Source: Candidatus Zhuqueibacterota bacterium (GTDB lineage Bacteria; Zhuqueibacterota; Zhuqueibacteria; Thermofontimicrobiales; Thermofontimicrobiaceae). Taken from it: a DNA stretch of 64,000 bases. The notes under the pieces were generated by a model. That model was given only the letters and a program-made list of their open reading frames with translations, was not told the DNA's origin and did not search any database. The DNA lies in assembly GCA_049322915.1 (NCBI GenBank), contig JBMOPW010000029.1, positions 1-64,000 of the forward strand. The letters are read 5' to 3'. How positions within the stretch are numbered: the first letter of the stretch is position 1; every line of letters begins with the position of its first letter. Positions 21,345-32,181 of the stretch are shown here, in pieces. Made by a program: the position numbers and the translations under genes.

Positions 21345-22841
21345 TTAAAAGAGAAATATAGGTCGAGGCAGCATGTTGTTTATTTTTTCCCTTTCTTCCG
21401 GGAAGAAACTTTTATTGATTATTGAAAAGAACAGATATACTACGCCGCCGCCAATCAGAATCAGAATTAAAAGCGTGGCGTTCGTGATCCAATTCCTCAG
21501 CAGGAACAGGACCAACATCGTCGCCAATGAATTGATGAATATTTTGAACAGCGGTGAAAATTCAATTTTGAGCAGGGCGATTTTTTTTATCCTGAAAAAG
21601 ACAAACAGATTTTGAAACAGCCGGGCCGAACAAGTCACCAGGCCCACACCCATAATTCCGAACGGCCGCACAACAAGAATGTCGCCCACAAGGTTGTATA
21701 TGGAAAAAATCTTGCTGATGAAAGAAATCTCCACTTTCTCTTTCGCCTGAACGACCAGTTGTAATGGAAATTGAAAACTGTTGATCATCATGAATCCAGC
21801 CATCACCCAGAGGATTTTCAACGCTGAGAGGTATTTTTCATCGAACAGAAACACGATGATTTTATCGCCAAGCACGATAATTCCTAAAAATACCGGGAAT
21901 GCAAAAAAGGCAATGAACTTGACCAAAAAGTTGAAATGGGTATTGAGCGTCTCCCGGCCATCGGTTTCAGCGAATTTGGAAAAGAACACTGGACGAATCA
22001 GGCTTTTTAACAACTTGAACGGGAGAATCTTGGACACCATTTCCATGATTTTGTCGGCAAACGCATACAAGCCCACCATAGTCGGTCCCAGGAAAGTGGA
22101 GATGACGAAGAAGTCCGTTTTCACGTCGAGAATCGTCTCCCCCACTTCGTCGAAATAACTGAATCCGCCGTACCGCAAAAGCCGTTTGAACGGCAGATCG
22201 GAATGAACCGAACTTTTCTTTCGGGCAAAGCCGAGATAGTAGCTCGCAAAAAGCAAGACAGCCAATAGACTGTAAAACACCGTTTCTGCAATCAGTAGCC
22301 CCATGATACCGTAATTCTGATCGAGGAGGAGATAGACCAGAGCGCCGCGAATGAGCGTTGTTATAAAGTAGCTGATTAAAATATATTTATTGAGCAATAG
22401 CGAACCGAGACTGACTTCCAGCACCTGTATCAGCAAAAACAGGATAATCCCGAGGCTGAAAAATCTGATATAATAATCGATGGTGTCGACCTTCAGCAGA
22501 TGATTGATATTCGGCCCAAGCAGAACAATGATAAGAATGAACACGATCGATAGCAGAAGCCGGATGAACAGGCTCGAACGCACCAACCGTTTCACAACGG
22601 AGTACTCACTTTTCTTGTTGTATTCCGGGACAAATCGCTGAAGAATATTCAGGATGCCCATGGAGGTCAGCAGCGTGAGGTAGCCGATGATCGCGTACAA
22701 TAAATTATAAATGCCATATTCCTGGACCGAAAGCTTTTTCACCACATAAATCGTGATGAGGAAGTTGAATATCGGAACGCTCAGTCGCTGGTAGATAACG
22801 TGCCTGATATTATTTTTTATTGTCAGCTCAAATTCATTCAT
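21345..22841 (-). CDS. Wzx-type oligosaccharide flippase
   Basis: 12-14 TM segments; 'LSVQEYGIY', 'LGPTMVGLY'. Confidence 0.85.
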   Translation of the reverse strand: MNEFELTIKNNIRHVIYQRLSVPIFNFLITIYVVKKLSVQEYGIYNLLYAIIGYLTLLTSMGILNILQRFVPEYNKKSEYSVVKRLVRSSLFIRLLLSIVFILIIVLLGPNINHLLKVDTIDYYIRFFSLGIILFLLIQVLEVSLGSLLLNKYILISYFITTLIRGALVYLLLDQNYGIMGLLIAETVFYSLLAVLLFASYYLGFARKKSSVHSDLPFKRLLRYGGFSYFDEVGETILDVKTDFFVISTFLGPTMVGLYAFADKIMEMVSKILPFKLLKSLIRPVFFSKFAETDGRETLNTHFNFLVKFIAFFAFPVFLGIIVLGDKIIVFLFDEKYLSALKILWVMAGFMMINSFQFPLQLVVQAKEKVEISFISKIFSIYNLVGDILVVRPFGIMGVGLVTCSARLFQNLFVFFRIKKIALLKIEFSPLFKIFINSLATMLVLFLLRNWITNATLLILILIGGGVVYLFFSIINKSFFPEEREKINNMLPRPIFLF

Positions 22842-23993
22842 TCAGGCGACCTGATTTTTGGGTGAAAAATGACGAGACATTTTTTTCACAACTGTATCCC
22901 AGGAAAAATTGGCTCTGGCATGTTCGTATCCCGCCATGGCGATAGTCTCCGCCCTATCGGGATTCTGGCGGAGTTCGATTATTTTTTCCGCCAGCGCGTG
23001 GGCATCGTTCAACGGCACCGTGACGCCGGTCGATCCATTTTTAATGATGTCATAAAGAAGAAAGTTGCTCTCGCTGACGACACAGACGCACTTTTTGCCC
23101 ATAGCTTCCAGCACCGATTGGACTCCGCCGAGATGGCCAGGCGATAAATAAACTCTGGCGCGGTTGAACATGGCCTCTATTTCAGAATTGGACGGATTTT
23201 TATGGACTTCAATATGTTCGGAGGATTTCACCGGACTGCTGCCGCCAATGATCAATTTTACATGTGGTATGTTCCGCCTGACAATCTCGAACGCCTTCAG
23301 GATGGACGGTCCACCCTGTCGCTCGAATTCTGTACATAAAAAAAATAGCGCGAACTCGCGGTCGCGCTTGTTGGCGATATCGACGTCCGCCCAATGCACG
23401 CTATTCATCCCGGAACCAACAACCACAATTTTATTTTTATCTAATCCATAATCCTGTATGAACGAAGCTTTGACATGGTCATTGAACGTAAAAATTTTGG
23501 TCGCCCGATGGAATGCTTCTGTTTCCAGCCTAAGCCATCGGGCCCGTTCTTTTTTGGTGCTTCTGACACTCCAATTGGGCCAGACCTGTTCAGTGAGTTG
23601 TTGGGTTAAATCTGTGAATATGAAATATGGGCGATGATGCGGATTGGCGGTGATGGAAAATTTACACTGTGTTTGAAAGATAATATCATAATCGTCTCTC
23701 GCTTTCACAAAGCGATTGCAAAATTCTGTCATTCGATTGAATGCAAAACTGTTCTTGCTATGCGTCTGACGCCAATACTGCCTGGAAAAAACAAATGTTC
23801 CAACCAGATTGAACCATGAGGTCGGGCACAACGATCTGCGCCTGATCACTCTACCGGCATCGACATTATCGACAACGGAATGATATCGCTGTAACGCACG
23901 AAGTAAATTATGATTTACGTTGGAAAAAATTCCCGCCCGCAGGAACAAGATATTCATCTGACTCTTCAACCCGAGGTGAAATGTCTGCGTCAA
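22842..23993 (-). CDS. Glycosyltransferase family 4
   Basis: GT-B C-terminal lobe 'SVLEAMG..NGSTGVTVP..FSWD'. Confidence 0.8.
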   Translation of the reverse strand: MTQTFHLGLKSQMNILFLRAGIFSNVNHNLLRALQRYHSVVDNVDAGRVIRRRSLCPTSWFNLVGTFVFSRQYWRQTHSKNSFAFNRMTEFCNRFVKARDDYDIIFQTQCKFSITANPHHRPYFIFTDLTQQLTEQVWPNWSVRSTKKERARWLRLETEAFHRATKIFTFNDHVKASFIQDYGLDKNKIVVVGSGMNSVHWADVDIANKRDREFALFFLCTEFERQGGPSILKAFEIVRRNIPHVKLIIGGSSPVKSSEHIEVHKNPSNSEIEAMFNRARVYLSPGHLGGVQSVLEAMGKKCVCVVSESNFLLYDIIKNGSTGVTVPLNDAHALAEKIIELRQNPDRAETIAMAGYEHARANFSWDTVVKKMSRHFSPKNQVA

Positions 23994-25066
23994 TTCAATG
24001 GATGATTGACTCCCTTTGATTTTCTATTCATTCCCCCGGTTTCCAAGATTTTGTCGCTGATGAAGGAGATGAGCGCATCGTTTCGCTGAAACAGCAACGA
24101 CTCATCCCGATTTCTTTGTTGTATCTTTATGGACTTCAATTCATTCATATTATGGATTATTTTCAATCGGCCGTCCTGAACCAGATATCTATCCACAGCG
24201 CCCAATTTGCCCTGAAAAATGGAGTAGGCAGGAACTCCCATTACGGCTGCTTCCCGGTTCATAGTTCCACCGCCCCCAATGACCAGATCCGAATTCCAGA
24301 TGAGCGACACCCCATTGTAGACTTTGTGCGGAATGGAAATATTGCCATTCAGCCCTTCCCGCTCGGCAAAAGCGAGAATCTCTTCCCGCTGGCTTTTATT
24401 TCGGGCAGTCACGACGATCGACATATTATCCATGTTGGAAAAAAATTTCAACGCCTCATAAAATAATTCGGTGCTGCTTTCTTTGTGATAATGAGCGTCG
24501 GCTGCCGGAGGCCGCATGGTCACGATGATATTGTCTGAATTTTCAGGACGTTGGTAAGAATTATGGTTCGCCTGCAACAGGTCGCCCACATAGATGTGCT
24601 CCTTCAATCCCGGGTAATGAATGATTTTCGCCGGATCAACCTTGCCTTTGATTTCTTTGGAAGTGACCATTTCCGGCGTGACAAGCCGATGGATGTAGCG
24701 ATTGATGATGGACAAATTCACGTGCTCGTAGTCCAGCATGACAAACGTCGGAATGCCCAAAATTGCCGACGCCAAAATCTGGCTGCGGGAGCTGTGCGAA
24801 ACAGCAACATCCACATGCTGGTTCCGAATGAATCGGACAAGATAATAGATTCGGCTGATGTGGCCCAATATTTTCTTGATAATATTTTTACCGTGATGAT
24901 GGCTGATTCGTGTGACTCGTAGATGAAAGAACTCTGCCAACTCGAGTGTCTGGGAACAATCTCGCGCTGTTAAAATGACTTGATGCCCACGGTTTTCTAA
25001 ATTCTCTATGATTGGCTTCAGAATTAGCACGTGCGGAGTATTCTCAAAATCGATCCAGATGCGCAT
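23990..25066 (-). CDS. DUF354 family GT-B-fold protein
   Basis: 'MRIWIDFENTPHV', 'GGGGTMNREAAVMGVPAYS', 'GAVDRYL'. Confidence 0.85.
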   Translation of the reverse strand: MRIWIDFENTPHVLILKPIIENLENRGHQVILTARDCSQTLELAEFFHLRVTRISHHHGKNIIKKILGHISRIYYLVRFIRNQHVDVAVSHSSRSQILASAILGIPTFVMLDYEHVNLSIINRYIHRLVTPEMVTSKEIKGKVDPAKIIHYPGLKEHIYVGDLLQANHNSYQRPENSDNIIVTMRPPAADAHYHKESSTELFYEALKFFSNMDNMSIVVTARNKSQREEILAFAEREGLNGNISIPHKVYNGVSLIWNSDLVIGGGGTMNREAAVMGVPAYSIFQGKLGAVDRYLVQDGRLKIIHNMNELKSIKIQQRNRDESLLFQRNDALISFISDKILETGGMNRKSKGVNHPLN

Positions 25067-25218
25067 TCAGTGTTGCTTCCCTTCTGAATAAATATCCTCT
25101 TCCGCGACTATTTTGCAAAATAATCAATAGGTTTTCAGCGATGTAACTTTCTTTTAAATTTGGAATTATTACAATTCCGGCAGCAAAGAAGACGAGCATG
25201 ACCGGAACATAAGGCATT

Positions 25219-26586
25219 TTAATAGGCGCCCTTCATGAAACAGACAATTTTAACCGTCTTGAAAAGAATTTTTAAATCCAGCCAGATAGACCAATTATTG
25301 GCGTAGGCCAAATCCAGCCGCACCATTTCGTTGAATGAAATTGAACTGCGGCCGAGGACCTGCCACAGGCCGGTGATTCCCGGTTTTGCTTCAAGGAAAC
25401 GACGCCGGTGCCAAATATCGTAAAATTCAACTTCATAAGGGATGGGCGGTCGTGGCCCCACGAGACTCATTTCACCTTTTAATACGTTTAACAACTGCGG
25501 CAATTCATCAATACTGGTCCGACGCAAAATACGCCCGATCCAGGTTATCCGTGGATCCTCAGTGATCTTGAATATCTTCTGGCTGGAGGCTGAATCGGTC
25601 GTATACGCGTGGTTGCTACCAATAAAATCCTTAATATAATTCTGGTGAATCTGTTCGTTCTGATCGACAAACATGGTGCGGAATTTATAGAACTTAAAAT
25701 TTTGTCCTTTGAATCCCGTGCGTGTCTGCTGAAAAATGACTGACCCCGGAGACGTCAGTTTTATCAACGCAGCAACGGTGATCATAACTGGAGAAAGGAA
25801 CACTAGTCCCAGGCCAGCGCCGACGAAGTCCATTGTCCGTTTTAGCCACCATTGCCATCGTTCGGAAATATACCAGGCAATTTCGTTGAAAAGCATCACC
25901 GGACTTTCCAGCGCCAGGGCGCCATTCTCATTTCTCAGAAATTGAAATCCATCGAATGTTCGCTGGCGGGAAACGCTGCCGGTGGAGAACATAGCTGAAT
26001 GGTTGCCATTGCCATTCTTTTTTCCGCTCGCCGTACTGGCGCTCAGGATTTTCTGGGTGACCATCAAGGTCATTTCAATCTCCTGGGAAGGATAGGAGAA
26101 TAAAAAAGTTGAAACGCCATTGATGATCGGCAAAATCTCCGGCCAGGCAATTTCACGCGTCGCTTCGTCCATCCGCTGCAATACCTGCTCGCCGCCTTCC
26201 TGGCCGGTATCCGGCAACAAAATAGCGATCTTGAAATCCTGATACAGCGTTATCACATCGGTGTCGCGAATCGCTGATTTGGCGCTGGAGAATAGAGCTT
26301 TCTCGGCCCGCTTCATTTGCTTCTGCTCTATCCCGGCGATAGCTTTTCCATGCTCAGGAATAATATCTATGATAATCAGTGAGAACTCATATCCATTTCG
26401 CTCAGCTCGTCTCAACTCAATGAAATAACGATGATAAAAATAAGCAGGAGTTGAGAATATCTGGGCCGGATTCATCATGACATTTTCTCCCTGAAAGTCG
26501 ACGTCATCGATATTGTTCAATTCCAATTTTTTATACCTGAGCCCCGCATTTTTTAACGCCGGAATTTTTGAGTTTTTCTTACCCAC
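25219..26586 (-). CDS. Priming undecaprenyl-phosphate sugar-1-P transferase with N-terminal degenerate GGDEF domain
   Basis: C-half '[38 protein letters not shown]'; N-half '[32 protein letters not shown]'. Confidence 0.85.
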   Translation of the reverse strand: MGKKNSKIPALKNAGLRYKKLELNNIDDVDFQGENVMMNPAQIFSTPAYFYHRYFIELRRAERNGYEFSLIIIDIIPEHGKAIAGIEQKQMKRAEKALFSSAKSAIRDTDVITLYQDFKIAILLPDTGQEGGEQVLQRMDEATREIAWPEILPIINGVSTFLFSYPSQEIEMTLMVTQKILSASTASGKKNGNGNHSAMFSTGSVSRQRTFDGFQFLRNENGALALESPVMLFNEIAWYISERWQWWLKRTMDFVGAGLGLVFLSPVMITVAALIKLTSPGSVIFQQTRTGFKGQNFKFYKFRTMFVDQNEQIHQNYIKDFIGSNHAYTTDSASSQKIFKITEDPRITWIGRILRRTSIDELPQLLNVLKGEMSLVGPRPPIPYEVEFYDIWHRRRFLEAKPGITGLWQVLGRSSISFNEMVRLDLAYANNWSIWLDLKILFKTVKIVCFMKGAY

Positions 26587-26874
26587 CAGATTTTCCCCCG
26601 GTATTACTGGATCGTCTATCCATTTAACATTTCGTATACAGTAGCAGTGACAATGGGCAATCAGATTTTCATCAAGTCGATGAAAAATATCGTCACTCGC
26701 CGAAAGGATTTTTCATCCTGTCGCTTCTTCACAAATATGGGCAGTTGGTTTACCAGCGAAAACGGTATTTCATAGCAATTCTACAGAACAGACAATTTAG
26801 CAAAAGGCATCTGCTTTCAAAACGGGCGCCCTTTTCATTTCAGGTAGCGCCGCGTTCAAATCAACAATCCCCGA

Positions 26875-29232
26875 TCAAGCGTGCGACTGATAATATTTTC
26901 GGTACGATCGCGGCACTCTCTCTTCGGCAGATTGATTCATAACAACACCCCAGATTTTTGCATTGCCTTTTTGCAGCAATTCCATTGAGCGGGACAGACT
27001 GCGCAGATGGATCTGCCCGACCAGGCAAACCATAATCACGCCGTCACACAGCTTACCTAATAACGCTGTGTCCGTGACAACCATGACCGGTGGGGTATCA
27101 AAAATGACCAGATCGTATTTCTTTTTGACCAGCGAAACGAAATGTGTCATCATTTTCGACCCTAAAATCTCCGATGCATTGGAGACGGCTGTGCCGGCTG
27201 GCAAAATAGACAGATTATCGATGCCTTCAAAGGTCACGACCCTCTGATCCACTTCCGCGTAGAGCTTTGATAAATTTGAGAAATCCATCCGCTGATCTTG
27301 CACAATCAGGTCGTACGGTTCTTTCCCCGATTGTGGACCATTGCTGCGCGCATCACCGCTGATAAAGTCATCCCACATGGCGCTTTTCTTACTCGCCAGA
27401 TGGTCTTCGATAATCTGACTGAACACCGGTGAACGCAGGATATCCGACAGACCTGCTTCCCGCTTGATATGGAAAATAGAGTGCAAAATAGGCCGTCTCA
27501 GATCGGCATCAACCAGCAGCGTATTGTAACCCAATTGAGCCGTTGTGATTGCCAGATTTATTGCCGTTGTCGATTTGCCTTCGCCCGGCTGTGGGCTGGT
27601 TACGACGACAGCATTGGATCGGAAGTCCGCCGAAGCAAATTGCAAATTCGTTCGCAAGACACGAAACGCTTCTGCTGCATAAGATTGAGAATCATAGAAA
27701 GTCACCAGCCGATTGACCTCTTCCCGTGTCGGTCGTTTATCCGGTGGGAATCGCTCCAGATTGCCGTTGGTATTGGCTTTGATTTTCGGAATATTTGCCA
27801 GCACTGAGAGTTGTGTGAACTGTTCAACATCTTCCGATGTCCTGAGATTTGTATCCAGCGCCTCGAAGACGAAAACAAGAATGCTGCCGACTATCAGTCC
27901 GACCAATAGTCCCACCAGAATATTCATCGACTTATTGGGTCGAATGGGCGAAGTCGGCAACTCCGGCGGATCGATGACCCGGATATTCCCGCTGTTCTGA
28001 GCCTCGGCAATGCGAACGCGCTCTTTTTCTTCAACCAGTATGGTGAATATTTTTTCATTGGTGTTCACCGTCCGCACCAATCGCGCCAGTTCCATTTCCA
28101 GTTCCGGTAATTCCCGGATTTTATCATTGTACCCATTGAGGATTTTCTGCAATGTCGCAACCTGGGCATCGTACATTTTCAAATCTGCCTGAAGCGTGAT
28201 GCTCTCCTGAAAATATTCCTTCATCTGTGACAGAGGATCAAGAAAACTCCCATCACGAATGAGCGTTTCAGTTTCGGCTGCAAGACTCTCCCGAGTGTGA
28301 TTTATTTCTTCAGTCAATTTTTCCAATTTTGGATGCTGGTTTTCGTAACCCTTCATCAGCAAATCGGTCCGTTGAATTTCCAGATCCACCAGGCGATCTT
28401 TGAATTTTTCCAATTTAGGACTGGTGGTTTCAATGGATTGCGGCACAAGCTTTTCCTGCTGGGAGTTGATTTTCTCCTGAATGAAATTGAGCCGTTCGCT
28501 GGCTGCCTGTTGTCGTGATCGGGCCGCAGTCAGTAACACCTCCGCTTCGGTCATTTGCTTGAGCCGTTGATCTGTCTCTTCATCCAATACGCTGATTTCG
28601 TTCCTCTCTTTGAATGAGCGCAGCTTTAATTCCGCCGAGTCGAGTTGAGTCTTTGAAACCAGAAGTTGCTCCTGAATCATCTGTCGCGCATTGCTGATAT
28701 TTTTTTTACGCTGGTCAATAGCATGATGCGCTACCTTTTCGCTCAGTATCTGAGCTACTTCCAATGCCAGTTCAGGATTTTCATTGTAGAACGAAAATCG
28801 TATCACATTGGAAGTATTGGAATAGGATATTTCAGTATTGGATTTAATTTGAAATGCCAGCGCTTTTTCAACTTCAGTTAGCTCGGTGATTGTGGCTGGA
28901 AGAGTGAACTTTTCCCTCACATCTACCGGCAACGCCCGGGCAACTTCACTGAAAAAAGGCCGACTTTGAATTTCTTCAACAAGGTTGGAAATTAAAATTT
29001 CTCTTCTTTGGTTTGAACTGTATAACTCAATATCAGGAATCGGTTGTATTAGGTCTTCATAAATGATTGAGAATTCAGTGCGATATAGAGGTGCAACAAG
29101 TGAATTGTATGCCAGTATCACCACCACTACACCAAAGAGGAAAAAAACCATTAGCCAGATTCTCCTCCGAAATATTGCCAATATTTCGTAGAAATCACTG
29201 GATCGTTTTTCTACTCGTGACATAGCATCCAT
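26875..29232 (-). CDS. Wzc-like polysaccharide co-polymerase / BY-kinase
   Basis: Two TM helices around a coiled coil; 'AEAFRVLRTNL', Walker A 'PGEGKST', 'DADLRRP', 'FDTPP'; Tyr tail 'SYRKYY'. Confidence 0.92.
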   Translation of the reverse strand: MDAMSRVEKRSSDFYEILAIFRRRIWLMVFFLFGVVVVILAYNSLVAPLYRTEFSIIYEDLIQPIPDIELYSSNQRREILISNLVEEIQSRPFFSEVARALPVDVREKFTLPATITELTEVEKALAFQIKSNTEISYSNTSNVIRFSFYNENPELALEVAQILSEKVAHHAIDQRKKNISNARQMIQEQLLVSKTQLDSAELKLRSFKERNEISVLDEETDQRLKQMTEAEVLLTAARSRQQAASERLNFIQEKINSQQEKLVPQSIETTSPKLEKFKDRLVDLEIQRTDLLMKGYENQHPKLEKLTEEINHTRESLAAETETLIRDGSFLDPLSQMKEYFQESITLQADLKMYDAQVATLQKILNGYNDKIRELPELEMELARLVRTVNTNEKIFTILVEEKERVRIAEAQNSGNIRVIDPPELPTSPIRPNKSMNILVGLLVGLIVGSILVFVFEALDTNLRTSEDVEQFTQLSVLANIPKIKANTNGNLERFPPDKRPTREEVNRLVTFYDSQSYAAEAFRVLRTNLQFASADFRSNAVVVTSPQPGEGKSTTAINLAITTAQLGYNTLLVDADLRRPILHSIFHIKREAGLSDILRSPVFSQIIEDHLASKKSAMWDDFISGDARSNGPQSGKEPYDLIVQDQRMDFSNLSKLYAEVDQRVVTFEGIDNLSILPAGTAVSNASEILGSKMMTHFVSLVKKKYDLVIFDTPPVMVVTDTALLGKLCDGVIMVCLVGQIHLRSLSRSMELLQKGNAKIWGVVMNQSAEERVPRSYRKYYQSHA

Positions 29233-29308
29233 CCGTTTAAGTTAGGGGGTTGATTTATTGTTAGTTAAATCCAATAGTACAAATGGGAATTTGACACAGT
29301 TACGAAAG

Positions 29309-29881
29309 TTATTCGATGCGGCTGTACCAATACCAGACCTGGGCGATTATAGCAATCTGGGAAGCCACCCGAATGAAGGTCTGCCATTTGAACCACACGT
29401 TTCGTTTAACGTGAATGACATCTCCAGGAATAAGACGCGGCAAATACTCTGACGTGCCGTTATTCAAATACTTCTTAATATTGATCTCGACCTTTCCTGT
29501 CTGCGCAAGATTCTGCCGATCATTCAGGATGTACTTCTGCGGCAGCTTTTCAAGCTCAGATTGTTCGCGCTGAGTGAACTTATTCCCGGTATCCCGAAAC
29601 AGCATCACTTGAGATAAATCGGAGTACTCGGTCGGTCCACCTGCTTTGGAGATGAGTTCCAGGATGTTCGTTCCATCCGGCACCCGTTTTTCACCAGTGA
29701 TACGAACCTCGCCCCAGATATGGACGAGAATTTCCAGGGTCTTTTCTTCACCGATTAAATACGTATCTTTGGGGAACTGCAAGGATTGGTTGTTTTCCTC
29801 CTGTGCTCGCCCCTGTGTCATAAAAAAAATAATTGCCATTCCCCCTATTAAGAAATAGTGAATTATTTTTTTCATAGCCAT
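29309..29881 (-). CDS. SLBB-domain protein (short Wza-like export-associated protein)
   Basis: 'VHIWGEVRITG..ELISKAGGPTEY..LIPGDVIHV'; C-terminal amphipathic helix. Confidence 0.75.
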   Translation of the reverse strand: MAMKKIIHYFLIGGMAIIFFMTQGRAQEENNQSLQFPKDTYLIGEEKTLEILVHIWGEVRITGEKRVPDGTNILELISKAGGPTEYSDLSQVMLFRDTGNKFTQREQSELEKLPQKYILNDRQNLAQTGKVEINIKKYLNNGTSEYLPRLIPGDVIHVKRNVWFKWQTFIRVASQIAIIAQVWYWYSRIE

Positions 29882-30173
29882 CCTAATTATTTATAAATTA
29901 AAAAACACACGACACTGAACATGTCCCATTGATGAAAATACTATAATGCAGCATTATGCCTTCTTCTGGAATTGCCATTGTCCTGTGACTGCTTATTTCA
30001 ACATTTTTAGTGCACCAGGGCGACCGTCGAATAACCTGAATCCGTGAAAATGGTCGGACAGCCCTGAATTAGTTTATATTTTTTGTTTAATAAATAGAGA
30101 CAACTGAGTGTTAATGCGGAAATTTCTGAAGTTATTTTTCTGGCAAAATGTAATGGGGAAAATCTATTGGGGT

Positions 30174-30205
30174 AAAAAAATCCACAGGTCTATTGCCTGT
30201 GGATT
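30174..30205 (-). terminator. Intrinsic terminator separating the FGE/PKD gene from the EPS operon
   Basis: Stem AATCCACAGG/CCTGTGGATT with 7-nt loop, followed by a U-run on the minus strand. Confidence 0.7.
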
Positions 30206-30318
30206 CAAATGGCAACAATAAATGATTGTAGCTTTTTATCTCTGACAGACACTGTAAACTGAAATGAGTGAGTCTTTGGCTGTGTATGTTCGTTTTGCAA
30301 CCATCACTGTTTTCAAAA

Positions 30319-32181
30319 TCATTTTGATTTCACACAACGGAACCCGACAAAATTGGTTGCTTTGTCAGGGGGTAAGGAGTAGCGGTAAGTTGTTCTTAAA
30401 TCATCAGGAAGGAAAAGATAGCCCCCTCCTCGCGCTACCTTTTTGGTCCCGGACGCTGGACCCGCTGGATTCTGCTGCGGAGACGTCGAATAAAAATCGC
30501 GCTGATACCAGTCACCCACCCATTCGCGAACATTTCCCGCCATGTCATACGTCCCGTAGAAGCCAACGCTATTTTCAGTTTTAAACCCATTCCGTGTTTC
30601 GCCATTGTAGAAGCCAACGGGAGTGGTTCCGTTATCGAATGGGTCTCCGCTATCCCAGAAATTTGCGGACTCCCCGCTCATGACGTTGCCCCAGGGATAG
30701 GTTCGCCCATCGGTGCCGCGCGCTGATTTCTCCCACTCCGCTTCGGTGGGCAACCGTTTATTGTAAAATCGGGCATAGGCGTCAGCGCCGTACCAGCTGA
30801 CGTGCACTACCGGATGATCTTTGAAATCCTTGTTCGCGACGTACTGATTATCGAACAGTTCAATCGCTGATTCCCCGACTACCAGCTTGATGAATCGGTC
30901 AGTTTTTGTCCATTCCTCCGGATATTTCATGAGATAGTCATTCAGGAAACGAGCATATTGCGCGTTGGTCACCGGATAAATATCTATCCAGAATTCGTCT
31001 ACAAAGATGTCGTGCACCGGTCGTTCATCAATATCGAAACCATCAACACCCATGCTGAATGAACCTTCAGGAACATAGACCATGTTGAGGAATTGATTTA
31101 TCACCATCATTTCAGTTCGACCGACCAGCCCCTGAGTATCTTTCACTTCAAGCGTGACAGGAAACCGATTGAAGAGTTCATATTCCTGCTCGAACTTCTT
31201 GTCCCGGTTCCAGCCAGAGTCCCAGGTGGAGTCGCTGTTCAAATCCCAGCGATAGAGCAAATAATTGCTTTCTTCAAAATCTTCAGAGATCGAGCCATCG
31301 AGCGTCACTTTCAGCGGTTGCCTGAAATCCTGTACATAGGTGCAAGCTGCTTTAGGCCGGGAGTAAACCGTAATGGTCTTCGTTGCACTCGCCACCCATC
31401 CGCCGCTATCTTTCACCTCAAGAATAGCCTTTTTCTTTCCGCCGCCCACAGGATAGGTATAGCCCGCCTGTTTCGACACGGTCCAATCCGTGTCGTAATT
31501 GCCATCGCCATCCCAATCCCAGCGTAAAAACAATTCGAAATTGTGCGTGCTCATGGTCGCGTCAAATGTGAACAGCGTCTCTCCGGCTGTGCCAGAATCA
31601 GGGAAAACAGTGAAGCTCGCCCGAGGAGGCGTGCTGTCCAGTATAATTTCATCGTACACGATGCGGGAAAGCGAGCTATCCGGATAACGCACCTGCGCAT
31701 AGACCATTTGATAACCGTCCCCGGCAGCCAAGTCCCAGTTCAAACTTTGCTGGAACGGCCGCCACGCAGCGTTGTCCAATTCGGCAACATTCCCAATCTT
31801 CATCTCCAGAGCTTTCGGCGCTATAATTTCCAATGCAACAGCGCGCTTTTTGGTATATTGCTCGCCATGTTCGATGATAATCTGAAGATCGAGTTTGGAA
31901 TAATCTTCCGGCACAGCTTCGATAAAAAGATTGGACGAATCAGTAAGCACATTTTTTTTCAACATGAGAATGGAATCCACCCCCGTGGAATCGGAGAGGA
32001 CCGAATCGGGCAGGGATTTCATCCGTTTCAATTTTACCTGGGAAGTATCCTGTTCAAGCGACAGGATGTGCGCTGTAGCCGGCGCGCTCAGTATGAATGA
32101 TAGAAATATAACAATGCAGATGATGAAGTTCAATGTCCGTACAACCTGTTTAATGGCTGTCATCTTCCCCACACTCCTCAC
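30319..32181 (-). CDS. PKD-domain + FGE/SUMF1-like domain protein
   Basis: 'RWDWDGDG..DT', 'EVKDSGG' PKD repeats; 'RLPTEAEWEKSARG', 'DMAGNVREW', 'GFRCVK'. Confidence 0.88.
   Translation of the reverse strand: MRSVGKMTAIKQVVRTLNFIICIVIFLSFILSAPATAHILSLEQDTSQVKLKRMKSLPDSVLSDSTGVDSILMLKKNVLTDSSNLFIEAVPEDYSKLDLQIIIEHGEQYTKKRAVALEIIAPKALEMKIGNVAELDNAAWRPFQQSLNWDLAAGDGYQMVYAQVRYPDSSLSRIVYDEIILDSTPPRASFTVFPDSGTAGETLFTFDATMSTHNFELFLRWDWDGDGNYDTDWTVSKQAGYTYPVGGGKKKAILEVKDSGGWVASATKTITVYSRPKAACTYVQDFRQPLKVTLDGSISEDFEESNYLLYRWDLNSDSTWDSGWNRDKKFEQEYELFNRFPVTLEVKDTQGLVGRTEMMVINQFLNMVYVPEGSFSMGVDGFDIDERPVHDIFVDEFWIDIYPVTNAQYARFLNDYLMKYPEEWTKTDRFIKLVVGESAIELFDNQYVANKDFKDHPVVHVSWYGADAYARFYNKRLPTEAEWEKSARGTDGRTYPWGNVMSGESANFWDSGDPFDNGTTPVGFYNGETRNGFKTENSVGFYGTYDMAGNVREWVGDWYQRDFYSTSPQQNPAGPASGTKKVARGGGYLFLPDDLRTTYRYSLPPDKATNFVGFRCVKSK

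Noticed and set aside
30319..31090. Active formylglycine-generating enzyme
   Set aside because: The catalytic Cys pair is absent ('RGGGYLFLPDDLR'); this is the common non-catalytic FGE-fold domain.
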